Assembly (NCBI GenBank): GCA_963693365.1
Contig: CAVNZM010000002.1
Location: forward strand, 16,649,615 to 16,713,614
Reading direction: 5' to 3'
From: Amoebidium appalachense
Lineage: Eukaryota > Protista > Ichthyosporea
Length of the DNA stretch: 64,000 bases
Positions within the stretch are counted from its first letter, which is position 1, and every line of letters starts with the position of its first letter. The notes under the pieces are model-generated. The model was given only the letters and a program-made list of their open reading frames with translations, did not search any database and had not been told where the DNA came from. Below, piece by piece: positions 30,649-54,110 of this stretch. The position numbers and the translations under genes are program-made.

Positions 30649-31063
30649 TACACACACACACACACACACACACACCCACACACCCACACACAACCATCGC
30701 CTTTTAAAGGTCTGCATTCCCCGCTTCCAATTTCGACTCCAACTGCACCTCAGGCTGCAAAACTCCCTCCTTCAACCCGTTCGCCGCTCTTTTCACACAA
30801 TTGCCCATATGAACATTAGGTAAAGATCCAAACGTATCTAGGCAATAAAAAATAGAATAATGCATAAGGTGGAGCGGGCACACATACAGCTTGAGTGTGG
30901 CCAGGTTAGCCTCCATGTCACAGGTGTTTGTTGCCACCTGGTGCTGCACATAGCTCTCAAAGAGAGGTAGGTTGGACGGGTTGTAGCGGTCAAACCCCTT
31001 CAACAGCTCCCGGATCTCCTCCGCTGTAGGGGTCTGAATGGGTTGCTGCTGTTCCTCGGCCAT
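26185..31063 (-). CDS. EIF3K: Eukaryotic translation initiation factor 3 subunit K, 6 exons (31063-30888, 29675-29504, 28721-28625, 28076-28002, 27253-27125, 26216-26185)
   Basis: LLKGFDRYNPSNL..EANLATLKLYQFNP..LLETCHFREFW..GFDDAIR..KPRSIVEKIDYE are diagnostic of eIF3k; phases consistent; last exon (MSRVIGNAL*) less certain. Confidence 0.93.
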
Positions 31064-31595
31064 TTTTGCTATATATAAAACCCCTACCCAAAGAAAAAGC
31101 TACTGGCGCTAGGGAAAGATGAAGAAACACAGGACTTCTCTTGTCTCGTTTTTCCTGTCTGTCACCAGGAAGTCACGGTGCCGGCGCAGGTCACGTGTGA
31201 CTGTTGGCGCCATCTCCGTCCTCCAGCTTCAATGTCTCATGATTATGAAATGATTAACGGTTTTAAAACTCTTTAACCCCTTTTGTAAGCTTTGGAAGCC
31301 AATTAAAAAGGCAGAAGAAGCCCGTCTCAATACCTATGAGTTTGGGCCACGTGAGGATTTGAAGAAATTCTATATATAGAGAAGGGATATGATTGGTTAC
31401 TGTGAAGCGGTTCGTTCAAAAGAATACAATCACCAACTAAAGTTCAAAACGAAAACGCTGCTCTTTGGAAAGGTTCAAGCGGAAGGCCACAAACAAGAAC
31501 TCCTGTGTATTTTCTAGTTAGCTCTTTGAATATTATTTTTAATCACTTCTGTTATATAGCCGTCATCCCGCATTTTTTCGGGCAAGATCGCAAAG
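31064..31595. promoter_or_regulatory. Probable bidirectional promoter region between EIF3K and RBBP9
   Basis: ~530 bp between divergent ATGs, with CACGTG motifs, CCAAT/ATTGG and TATA-like tracts; free of microsatellites. Confidence 0.5.
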
Positions 31596-36378
<4,783 letters not shown>

Positions 36379-36870
36379 TCTGACCACTCTATACTCCCCC
36401 CTCCCTCCCCCCCCCTCCCCCCCATTCACCCACCCACACACACGCACACCACACACACACACACACAAACACGCACACCCGTGATAACAAGACTCCCCCC
36501 TCCTCCCCCCCCCCCCCCCTCCCCCCCTCTTTTCCACAAGACAAGGAAAAAAAAACAGTTCGTTAGTACCTATCAATCCACTCATCCGGGCTGCCCCACC
36601 ACCTACCCTTCTTGAAGCCTACTTGTCCACGTAGCTGTTTTAAAGGCAGCCTTTGATTGGTGGTCGACTGTTCAGTGGCTATCGGGGATGCGAAGAAGCG
36701 AACCTGCCCCATTTTCTTGCATTTATCAGATCCTTCCCCCCCTCCTCCCCCCCCTCCCCCCTATTTCTCTCTGTCTCTCGCCCCGTTTCTTTTTTTTTTC
36801 ACTTTCTTGTTGCTCCCCACTCCCAGTCGTCCTCTGATCCACCCCCTCCCCCCCTCCTCCCCCCCCCCCC

Positions 36871-36906
<36 letters not shown>

Positions 36907-37785
36907 ACCAACCAACCACCACCACCACCACCCTTCTCTCTTTCTCTTCTCCCCCCCCCCCCCCCCCCCCCTCCCCTCCTCCTCCTTTCCCTTGCTGTGT
37001 GCGCATGCCCGAATGTGTTTGGTGGAACCGGGGCCCGAGGGGGGGGGGGGGGGGGGGGGGGGAGGATTCAATTGTGTATTATGAGTAGTGTTTGACACTA
37101 AACGGCTAACAAATATCAGAAGATTGATCTGCTTAGTAGCTGACAGCCCGCCACATGCTGTAGTGTTTGAAGCACAGTCTGTCAGAGTGAGCCACGTGCA
37201 CACATGTACACATGATCGAATGCACGACATAGCAGGACCATTCATTAGTGTGCACGATAGATAGGCATAGGGGCCAGTGTTGTTAATTTGCCATGTATAG
37301 CCACACGAGTTTGTTATTGTACGCACGCGTTAATCACTGTAAACACCAGGAACAATAAATAAAAGTCCATGTGCATGTACAGTATTCGAAAACACGTGTG
37401 CCCGTGACCGTCTTAATTGAGAGACTGGGTAAACCCCGTCATATTCCTACTTTTTTTTAATGTTTTATTATGATGGTGGTTGTAAACTTTTTACACCCGA
37501 GGTTTCCTTGGTGGCCACCGACATCTGAGCTTACTAAAAATATCGTGTAAATTTAGGTTTCGTGTTTATCCAAAAGATCTGATTGGATAACTATGTCCCT
37601 ATATCTGAATTTTCACGAGCCGCTTATGTCGGCGCCGTAGCAACCGCGACGGGCGCCACTGCAGAATGAACATCATACATGGCACGAAACAGCACAGCCC
37701 TGAGAAGACGTATGTTCAATCTCAGAGACCTTTTTCCTATGTTTTTTGTGTTCTCTTTGTTAAATATAGAGCTTTAGTAGTTATC

Positions 37786-44892
<7,107 letters not shown>

Positions 44893-45043
44893 TTAAAATT
44901 TAAAGGACCAATCAGGAGGGAGGTGGTAGATGGGGTGGTTATTTCATTCCTCTTGGTATGTCGGGTATGCGTGTAGTTGATTGGATGCAAGTGTGGGTGT
45001 TGGGTTTTTCCTGTGGTTTCTTTCCTCCGTGTGTATATATATA

Positions 45044-45119
<76 letters not shown>

Positions 45120-45858
45120 TTTTTATTTTATTTATTTTTTATTTTATTTTATTTTTTTTTTGGGGGGGGGGGGGGGTCCTTATATCGAGCACGTGTAAAA
45201 TATCGGCCCTAGCAATGGTCTTGTTGCCTGTAGTGATTTCACGAACCAATTTTGATTGAGAAGGAGACGCAGAATCTGGCCATGCATACCCCTTTAGTAA
45301 CTAACATATGATTGGTTTCCACAAAATCATACTGTTAAGAGATGTTTCAGCGACAGGAAAGTGTTGCGGACAAAACCACAACATAAACCATTCTCTGCTA
45401 CCACGCGAAGCAGCGAGCCACGCTACTATGGGGCTCTTGTGTGTATATCCCACACATGTAGTTTTGTGATGTGTGGCCCAGAGGTGACACCTTACTGCTA
45501 GGGGTGGCTATTCCAGGAGCCATACAAATATGTAAAACTACTACTGGTGCCGAGGAGGAAGGCAGTGATGAGGCGCGATAAGAAAGCATGTGGAAGCGTG
45601 TAGATAAATAAATATATGTGCGAGGCCATCATGAGTGAGTGTGTGCCTTGTGCTCCTAACTGAAATGAATGGACATTGCAGAGTGAAAATATGAGACAGG
45701 ACGAAGCCTTACTTGGGTATTTATTCAGCTCGTAGGAAAAGCTTGCCTCGGCAGATTACATGACACAAATGTACATGTTAAAGGTTCTGCACGCGGCTGG
45801 ACAATAATCCATTTATCCATAGGCTGTTCGTTATATATAGACATGTACATGACCTTGT

Positions 45859-46514
45859 TTCACATCACTCACTCGTGCTTGCCTCATGCCCCCCGTGTCC
45901 GTGGAGTGCAGGCCGTCGTGCCTGCACCCAAGGGGCTGGCCGAGGCGGGGGCCGCCAGGGGGGGTCCATGCCATGAGCCCCCCCCGCACCAGCCGGGGCT
46001 GGGCCCCGCCTCGACATGCTTTATTGCCGCTGCAATCGGGCTGTGAGCCAGTCACAGTCGCATACGTACACCGTCATGTATACAGACTTAGAGGTGGGTG
46101 GGTGGGAGCCGCCGTGTGCTAGCCACCGAAAACGCAATCGTGCTAACAAAAACCGTACGTGCAGCACACGGCGAAAACGAAGGTGGCCTGCATCTGCAGT
46201 GTGCTGCGCCGGAAATACCGGCGCTGGTGGCGCCTGACGTCAGGCGCTGCGCCAGACCGATGTCAGCCGCCGCTGCGGCTGCGCCTGGCGCCGCGGCCCG
46301 TGACGTCATGGGCCGCCCTGCTGCCTGCGCCCGAAGTGATCCGTGAAACATCTTTCATCTGCTGCGCATATGAAACGTACATTCACATCACTCACTCGTG
46401 CTTGCCTCATGCCCCCCGTGTCCGTGGAGTGCAGGCCGTCGTGCCTGCACCCAAGGGGCTGGCCGAGGCGGGGGCCGCCAGGGGGGGTCCATGCCATGAG
46501 CCCCCCCCGCACCA
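45859..46514 (-). repeat. B1-A2-B2 split direct repeats of the Ngaro-like element
   Basis: 45859-45991 = 46382-46514 (133 bp); 46293-46381 = 58067-58155 (89 bp, 1 mismatch). Confidence 0.93.
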
Positions 46515-46524
46515 CAAGGCCCCC

Positions 46525-47642
46525 CTACTGCGATGTAGGGGGTCCGCCCCAAGGTCCCGTGGCGAGGCCCTGGTGTGACCAGACGGTGGCAATGGAGGCT
46601 TGCACGTCGCGGTGGGGCAGCCGGATGTAGACCATGAATGCGTCTGATGCCCAGCGGCCAAGGGCTTTGATGGTGGCGTCAGGTAGGCCCGCTCTCTCAG
46701 CTGCAGTGGCCCCCCCTATGCGCAGGCTGTGGCCGGCGTACCGGTCGGGGTCGTAGCCCGCCTGGTGTAGAGCTGTGCGGAAACCGGCGATGAAGGTGCT
46801 CTTGAGGTAAGGGCTGCCGTCGACGCTGAACAGGGGTGCATCTGGGTGGATGCCTGCCCTGGTTGACGAGACCCCCAGGAAGAGGGCTAGATTGGCTGCT
46901 GGGCAGAAGGAAGGCTCCTCCGGGAAGGCGGGCACCCGGATGGTAACACCCTTGCCCGTGGGGTCGGTCTTAGACGTCGGCAGGAAGACTGTTGCCCCAA
47001 TCAGGCGGCCATCCTGCCATAGGAGCTGGACGTCGCGACGCTTGGCGTGAAGGAGGGGGTTGAACTTGGCCGCAGATTTGGACGTGAACTCGCCCGAGCG
47101 CAGGAGGCACGAGCTGCCAAGCAGCAGGGCAGCCCACAGACGCAGGGCCTCCAATGAAGAGCCCGGTTGGATGACTGGGAGGAGGGCGCGGAGGTCGGCT
47201 GGGAGGAGGGGCTCGAGCACTCGTTTGGGCCGGTGGCTGCCTTCCAGCAGCAGGAAGCGGCCAGCCCCGCGGATAAACCACTGAAGGCTCTGCTGGCCGG
47301 AGCCCGCTGGTGGTGCCATGCCCAAGCTGCGGTGCAGGCTGTTGACGGCGGAGACGATGCTGGGCATGGTCCGGGCTTGCACCGCATGCATGGCGCACCA
47401 GGCAAGGAACAGCTGCACTTGGGCTGGGCAGGCTGGCAGGTAGCCACCATCAGGATTGCGGCAGTCCATTGCGTAGATGAAGTCGATAAACTAGCGCTGG
47501 TAGGACGAGTAGGAGGACTCCGTGCTGTCACCCACTGACAGCCGAGTGATGGTGCGGGCCACCTCCGGGACACGGGCCAAAACCTCGGGGGTGAACCACT
47601 GGGCAAGCCTACCATGGTCGCCACCAAAGGGGAGCAAGCCAC
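46525..47642 (-). pseudogene. Tyrosine recombinase of the Ngaro-like element
   Basis: LLRSGEF, SKTD, GHSLRIGGA, LGRWASDAFMVYIR (R-K-H-R-W-Y); in-frame TAG at 47491-47493 within the N-terminal DSTESSYSSYQR*FIDF segment. Confidence 0.92.
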
Positions 47643-48002
47643 CTGCAGGGACAGAGCTGTGTGAGCATCATGCCTAGAGTCCCAGGGGGGGGGGGGGGTA
47701 AAGGCAACGAGCGGGGTGGGCGGCAGGCAAGCGGGTGCACAGGCAGGCAAACAAGGGGGGGGAGGGGGGGGGGGGGGGGGGGCGTAGCTAAAGGGCAGAG
47801 GATGCATGCAGCGCTGGCAGGGAGGGCGGGGGAAGGGGAGGGGGGGTATGCGCGCACAAGCCGCGGTGTAGGCGTGCGTGTGTGTGCGCTAGTGTGTGGG
47901 TGTGTATGAGCATGTGTGTGTAACACCGAGGTTAAGCATGCACGATCGAAGGGGCGGGTGGAGGGGTGGCAGGGTGGGGTTGGGGGGGGTTGGGGGAGGG
48001 AA

Positions 48003-48048
<46 letters not shown>

Positions 48049-48359
48049 GACACGCCACAAGCAGTTGGCACTGCGGGCCAGCACAGAACAAAGAGGCACA
48101 CCGTGTGTACACCGTAAGACCGTAATGTATTGTCCCAAACACTCCACCGGGTGAGTGAGGGAATCCGAGCGAATTCGTGTAGTGGGGGGGGGGCCGGCCC
48201 CGGCCGCCACTGCAGAACATGAATCGTGCGATATACAAAGTGGGAAGGGGGGAAGGGGGGGTGTCGGTGCCCCCCACAGCCCACACGCCAAGCCCAATAC
48301 GAAGGCAAAGGAACAGGGGAGGGGGCTCGGCCCAGCCCCATCACGAGAGAGGGGCAGCA

Positions 48360-48545
48360 AACCACCCCGCTAGCCACTCAGGCACGGGTGTTGGGACTGG
48401 TGCGTGCCACGGGTGCAGCCGGTCGAAAGTGGCCCACTGTGCCCGCGAGATGGCATCCGCAATCGAGTTTTCCACGCCAGGGATGTGCTTGGCCGAGACC
48501 AGCACCGTGTACTAGTAGCGCATTTCCATCAGCGTGATGAGACGC
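48360..48545 (-). pseudogene. C-terminal RNase H fragment of Ngaro-like pol
   Basis: RLITLMEMRY*YTVLVSAKHIPGVENSIADAISR continues the frame broken at the gypsy TSD; in-frame TAG at 48512-48514. Confidence 0.88.
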
Positions 48546-49259
48546 TGACATATACTAATCCGTCTCAGCAGATTAGCCTAAGTCTACGATCGAGATCGGG
48601 GGGGGGGGGGGGGGGGGGGTGGCCCGGGTCCACAGATCATCAAGATCAAGTCCGGGGCCTCAAGATAGCTGTACAGCTGCGTGCATCTTGCCTCTGCCGG
48701 CGCAGGGCATTGGACCACGTCAGCCGGGACAGCCGTCCAATAGAATTCTAATTAGTGTGTAGGATAGATCGTAGGAGGACTTAGGAATGTCATTGTTCGG
48801 GCAGAAGCCCTTTTGTAAGGATTGGCAAGGTTTGATAGTATATGTTGCCAAACGTATTTATATATTTAGATGTAGAGGAAAGGGGGGGAGGGAGGGGGGG
48901 AGGATAGTATGAAATGTAGATTTAGACTCTGCGGTGCCACTAGGGGGAGGGTGAGGGGTGAGACTTGGATAAATATATTAGTTGAGTAGATCGACTTAGC
49001 TCGTGCAGGCGCACGATAAAAGTAGATCGGAATGTTAATGGAATGTGGCATCGTAGGGGGCCAGGTGATGATGATCTTGTAGGGCACGGCCTTGATGGCC
49101 TCAGTCGTAACTTAGACTCAATCCGTACGGATCTAAGTTTGCCCGTCGGAGCCTGGTCTTAATAAACTTTACCGTTTTTCTGTACACGTTCGTTCCTTTT
49201 CGTGTGTGTACACTTAGTAGAGTGCCGCGTCTCTAGTACACATACATTAGGATACGACA
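48546..49259 (+). repeat. 5' LTR
   Basis: TGACATATAC...GATACGACA; appears identical to the 3' LTR except G-run lengths. Confidence 0.97.
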
Positions 49260-49345
49260 AGCTACACCTTTCTTTTAGTGCGGTTTTTCGCGCTAGGGTA
49301 ACGCGGTGACAGTTCCTTCTGGGCTGTTGCTACACCTCAAACACA

Positions 49346-49380
<35 letters not shown>

Positions 49381-49418
49381 ATAAACACAACCACACGAGT
49401 TAGGGCACACACCACACA

Positions 49419-50753
49419 ATGGCTAAGTTTAACGTAGACATGTTCTACGCATTGGCAGCGGAGGATAGCTCCCTGCACACACAGGTACCACAGGTTCATA
49501 CACTAGACGTTAGACAGACCACAGCTTTCAGTTTTACACTCAAACACGACTCGGAAATCCCTAGGTGGCTTAGGACACTCCTAGCTAACACACCCACACT
49601 AGTGTTAGACACAAAGAAGGCCCCCACTGTGGCGGCCTCGTGCTTAATGATCAAACAGTGCATCGACCACAAAACAATGGCCGACTTATGCACCCTGATG
49701 GAGGAGCACCCGTACCGGGCCGAGCAGGCCCCCCAGGTGACGGCTCGTATATACGAGCAGCAGTACGACGAGGGGAGGGACGAGATGGTGTCCCGGACAC
49801 TCGGCCAGAAACGTCTGGCCGCACGGTTCATCCCCGACGACGAGGACGAGAACAGCACCGACGACGTGGACGGGGAGCTCGAGACCTTCACACGGCCGGA
49901 AAACGAGCTCGAGTATACGGCCCGGCTCGTCGGCCGATACCTGACGGCCGACCGGCGCCGTACCTTCCGGGCCCAGCTCAGAGAATGGAAGTATACCTTT
50001 CCCACACTAGATATGTCCCCCGTAGAAACTCGTGCATTCTTTGAGAGGGAATATCGGGTCTTTGAGGACCTTTGTGAGTTAGCTGGTGACGTGAGTGATA
50101 GGGAAAAATTCGAGTTTGCTCGTAAGGCTCTCTCTGTAAACACAGACACTGCACGCATGTTTGGGGAGCATGATGATGTAGATGAGGTGGTGTTGCATGT
50201 TAAACGTCACTTGCTTGCCATGCACGAGGTGAAGTTCAATAAGAGGGATAAAAAGGAGGTGATGGAAGTAGACAAGAAAAAGAAGGAGAGTGGACAGAAG
50301 GGGGAAAAAGAGAAAAAAGAGGGTGAACAGCCAGATGCACTCACCATGTTGGTCAAGCAGGTTGCCGAGCTCTCCCAGGCCGTCTTTTCTGGCCGAGGGG
50401 GCTTCGGCTTCCGAGGTGGCCGTGGCGGCGACCGGGGTGGACACGGCGGTCGTGGCCGAGGTGGACGTGGAGGACAACAGCAGCAGTTCACCGAGAGGTT
50501 TGCCCCTTATCTTGCTCGTGGTGGTGGGCAGGGTAGAGGGAGGGGTGGAAATGGTGGTGAGAGAGGCCGAGGGGGGCAGGGGGGAAGGGGGGGCCGTGGT
50601 GCACACGGTGGGCCCCCCCAGCATGACCGGGCTCCCGGTTATGCTTTGCGCCAAGGTTTTGAAGTCCCCCCTGGCCCCTTCTTTGGTGCATGTTACTTTT
50701 GTGGCCGGCAAGGGCACTCTGCTGCATATTGCCGTAGTTACAAGAGCTATTGA
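49419..50753 (+). CDS. gag: Gag (444 aa) with RGG-rich region and CCHC zinc knuckle
   Basis: CYFCGRQGHSAAYC at the C-terminus; first ORF after the LTR. Confidence 0.9.
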   Translation: MAKFNVDMFYALAAEDSSLHTQVPQVHTLDVRQTTAFSFTLKHDSEIPRWLRTLLANTPTLVLDTKKAPTVAASCLMIKQCIDHKTMADLCTLMEEHPYRAEQAPQVTARIYEQQYDEGRDEMVSRTLGQKRLAARFIPDDEDENSTDDVDGELETFTRPENELEYTARLVGRYLTADRRRTFRAQLREWKYTFPTLDMSPVETRAFFEREYRVFEDLCELAGDVSDREKFEFARKALSVNTDTARMFGEHDDVDEVVLHVKRHLLAMHEVKFNKRDKKEVMEVDKKKKESGQKGEKEKKEGEQPDALTMLVKQVAELSQAVFSGRGGFGFRGGRGGDRGGHGGRGRGGRGGQQQQFTERFAPYLARGGGQGRGRGGNGGERGRGGQGGRGGRGAHGGPPQHDRAPGYALRQGFEVPPGPFFGACYFCGRQGHSAAYCRSYKSY

Positions 50754-52521
50754 GTTCCGGGGGAGGGGGAAGCTGGGGTCACTGAGGGAGGGGGGGGACA
50801 GTATCGGTCCCCCCCAGGTTGCAGAGAACCTTCACCCTCCCCCACCCCAGGTTAAGCTTCCCTTTGCCCCCTCACCGCCCCGATACGTGTGGGAGCCGGG
50901 CATCGTCGTGGGTCCTCAAGACAGCGTCGAGGTGGTATGGCATGAATGTTTGTGGGGTGACTCTACCAAAGGTATGAATGGTGTGAATGTTTTGTGGTTG
51001 GGGGAGGTTCCCCAGCCACAAGTGGATGGTCTCAGTGTTTCTTGTCCCAACCCGGTGTTTGTTCTAACCACACCGGAGGGGGTTTCTGTGCCATTGTTTC
51101 CGGGAGGGGGGGGGACACACACGAGTAAAGGGGGAAGGGGGGGGAAGGCACAGACACATAGAAACACACCACCACAACAACATACGACGGTTGCAGACAC
51201 ACCTACACCCACACACACACCCACACATACACCACACACACACACACCACCCACCCACACATCACACACACACACTCCACCACCACCCACATCACATACA
51301 CACCCCACCCCACCCGTGCAGGCACCACAGGTAGGTATGTTGCACGTAGGTATCGAGGGTGTGAGTCTTCGTGGGCAGGGATTGGGAGTGAGTGATGATG
51401 TGTTGCTTGAATTGGAGGAGGATTTAGTTGGTTTTAGCCGGCATTATATAGACGTATGGTTAGCTGATGGTAAGTTGAAGGCTGTTGCTTTGCTCGATGG
51501 AGGGGCTCAGGTTAATTGTGTGCATGCTTCGTTTATTCGTCGTTTTAATCAGGCCGGGGGGGAAATTCCTATATTAGATGCTTCTAGCACAGCCTTAGGT
51601 AGTGCTAATAATAGTAGTATGTCTGTGGAAGGTGTTTGTGTGTTGCCGTGTGAGATAGGTGGCCAGGCTATGCATATTGCTTGTTATGTGGTTAAGGATT
51701 TAGCTCAAAGTGTTTTGTTGGGAGCCCCATTTTTCCGTAGACATGTGAATGCTTTGTTTGAACGTACGAATGTTTTAGAATTGCAGTCCGGCGTTAAAAT
51801 TAAAACCCATGATGGGCTCGACGGTTATCAGTCTGGTGCTAGAACGGTAGCTGAAGTAGTAATCGAGCCTTATCAGTGCCAAACGGTACGTGTCCGGGCC
51901 GGCAATCATGTTAGGATAGGGGATTTAGGGGTTTTTACTCCGAAAACCCCATTTCAGGAGGTGGCCCAATGGACCCTTAGTAGGGTATGGCCGGATAAGA
52001 CAATAGAAATAGAATTAGTGAATCCGGGCATCGAGCCTATAGTGATTAGGTCAGGTGTTTCCGTCGGTAGTTTCACTAATGAGATTGGTAGTATAGAGGT
52101 CTCTCTTATTACCCAAAAGGAGGATGCCGGCTCGAAGGGTGACTCAGGAGGAGGGGGAACAACTTTATTTAACGTTAGCCACCAAAATGTCACCCGACAC
52201 GATGGGGGGGGGGACCGGGACAGCACCGGTCCCACTCCCCCGACCCCCAAGAGGAAGGAGGGTCACCCCGGGTGTGAGAATGTGCAGGCAAGGGGGGAGG
52301 GTGTTGGTCTAACCCGTGGATCTGACGGGTTAACCAACACCGTGGGGGGCAGGGTGGCCACAGACCTGGCCCCCCACATACATGCACTAACTCATCAGGA
52401 ATTGCCCGGGGGCATTGGTGTGCCGGGGGGAGGGGGGGTGCTAAGGGTGACCGCCTATATCCGGAGGTACCTCAACCTCACCCCGAGCAGCACCGATGTA
52501 ATACAGGAGGTGAAATGTTAA
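50750..52521 (+). CDS. pol: Pol part 1: aspartic protease region
   Basis: AVALLDGGAQVNCV...VVKDLAQSVLLGAPFF retropepsin motifs; +1 frame relative to gag; true start unknown. Confidence 0.8.
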
Positions 52522-52629
52522 GTGGCACTCCGGTGAATAAGGATGCATCCACTTGTGATGGGGGTAACCCGGAGTTAGTATTGCCGTTTGGTATGAAGGA
52601 GGGGGATTGGACGGTAGAACAGAAAAAAA

Positions 52630-54105
52630 TTGCTAGCTAAGTTATTTGATAGGACTCGGTTTGCATTTCTGGCCGATGATAACGAAGTAGGCTTCGTTAA
52701 AGGGTTTGAAATGCAGATCGACACAGGTGATAATAGGCCGGTAGTGATGCCTAGCTATAGAATGGAGCAGTATAAATTGTCGGATGCGCTAATAATAGTG
52801 AGTGATATGTTAAAAAAGGGTCATGTGGAGCATAGTTCGAGTCCGTGGAGAAGTCCGGTGCTATTGGTTAAGAAGCCCGACGGGTCTTGGCGCCTAGTGA
52901 ACGATTACAGGGCTCTGAATCGGATCACTAAGGCAGACCAATGGCCTCTCCCTAACATAGACGAGCAGCTTTCACAGCTGCACGGCTATACTCACTTTGC
53001 TAAACTTGATTTAAAAGCAGCTTTTTGGCAGATAAGGTTGGAGGAGAGCAGCAAGGAGAAGACTGCCTTTGCACTGGGTGACCAGCTGTTCCAGTACAAG
53101 GTGGTGCCGATGGGTTTGCTCTCCTCTCCAGCTATGTTGTGCCGGGTAATGTATAAAATTCTCCACCCTCATTTGGATGTATGCCACCCTTATTTGGATG
53201 ATGTTTTAATTAAAGGTAGGTCATTTGAGGAGTTAGTTAATAATTGTGAAAAAGTATTTTTAGCTTTGGGTGAGTCTGGTCTTCGTATTAGCGGTAGCAA
53301 GACTGTGATTGGTGTGCCGGAGGTTAAGTTTTTAGGTCATATTGTGTCTAGTAATGGTCTTTCCCCTGATCCGGAGAAAATCCGGGCCATAGTTGAGTGG
53401 CCCCGTCCTCAGACTGTCACTCAACTAAGGCAATTTTTAGGTTTAACTAATTATCTTCGTCGTTATATTAAGGACTATAGTATGCTTGCTTTGCCGTTAA
53501 CTAGTCAGACGGGGGGGGAGAAGAAGAATAGAATAGATTGGAATGTTGATGCTGTTTCTGCTTTCGAAAAGCTTAAGTTAGCTTTGCAGTCTTCGAGTAT
53601 GCTTGTTCATCCTGATTTTTCGGCCGGGGGGGGGATGTTTAAAGTTCGGTGCGATGCAAGTAAGGTTGCTGAGGGGGCCGTGTTATATCAAGTGCAGGAG
53701 GGGCAGGATAGAGTGATTGCTTATGCTAGTCGTTCATTTAGTAAAAGTGAACGTAGATATAGCAATCCGGAGAGAGAGTCCCATGCTATCTTTTGGGCAG
53801 TCTCACAGGCATGGAGGTATATACTCGCAGGCAGGACGTTTGAGGTCTACACCGACCACAAGCCCTGCCTAGCCATGGCCGGCACCACTCGTCTGGTCAA
53901 CGAGAGGATGCAGAAGTGGGCCGCGGCTCTCGGTGAGTTCTCCTATAAATTGTTTTATGCCAAGGGTGAAACAATGGTCGACTGTGATGCTCTCTCTCGT
54001 GCTGCTTATATTTTGTTTGAAGAAGAGAAGGAGGGGGAGGGGGGGATAGTGAGAGACGGGGGGGGGAGGGGGGAAGGGGGGGGGCGAGTGAGCAGAAAGG
54101 AATAG
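52630..54105 (+). CDS. pol: Pol part 2: reverse transcriptase and RNase H
   Basis: SSSPWRSPVLLVKKPDGSWRLVNDYRALN, LDLKAAFWQI, VPMGL, YLDD, CDAS, YTDHKP, DALSR. Confidence 0.97.
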   Translation: MLAKLFDRTRFAFLADDNEVGFVKGFEMQIDTGDNRPVVMPSYRMEQYKLSDALIIVSDMLKKGHVEHSSSPWRSPVLLVKKPDGSWRLVNDYRALNRITKADQWPLPNIDEQLSQLHGYTHFAKLDLKAAFWQIRLEESSKEKTAFALGDQLFQYKVVPMGLLSSPAMLCRVMYKILHPHLDVCHPYLDDVLIKGRSFEELVNNCEKVFLALGESGLRISGSKTVIGVPEVKFLGHIVSSNGLSPDPEKIRAIVEWPRPQTVTQLRQFLGLTNYLRRYIKDYSMLALPLTSQTGGEKKNRIDWNVDAVSAFEKLKLALQSSSMLVHPDFSAGGGMFKVRCDASKVAEGAVLYQVQEGQDRVIAYASRSFSKSERRYSNPERESHAIFWAVSQAWRYILAGRTFEVYTDHKPCLAMAGTTRLVNERMQKWAAALGEFSYKLFYAKGETMVDCDALSRAAYILFEEEKEGEGGIVRDGGGRGEGGGRVSRKE

Positions 54106-54110
54106 ATGCT

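Noticed and set aside
46525-47469. Phage integrase or bacterial HGT
   Set aside because: Linked to DIRS-type RT/RH and split direct repeats; it is a retrotransposon recombinase.
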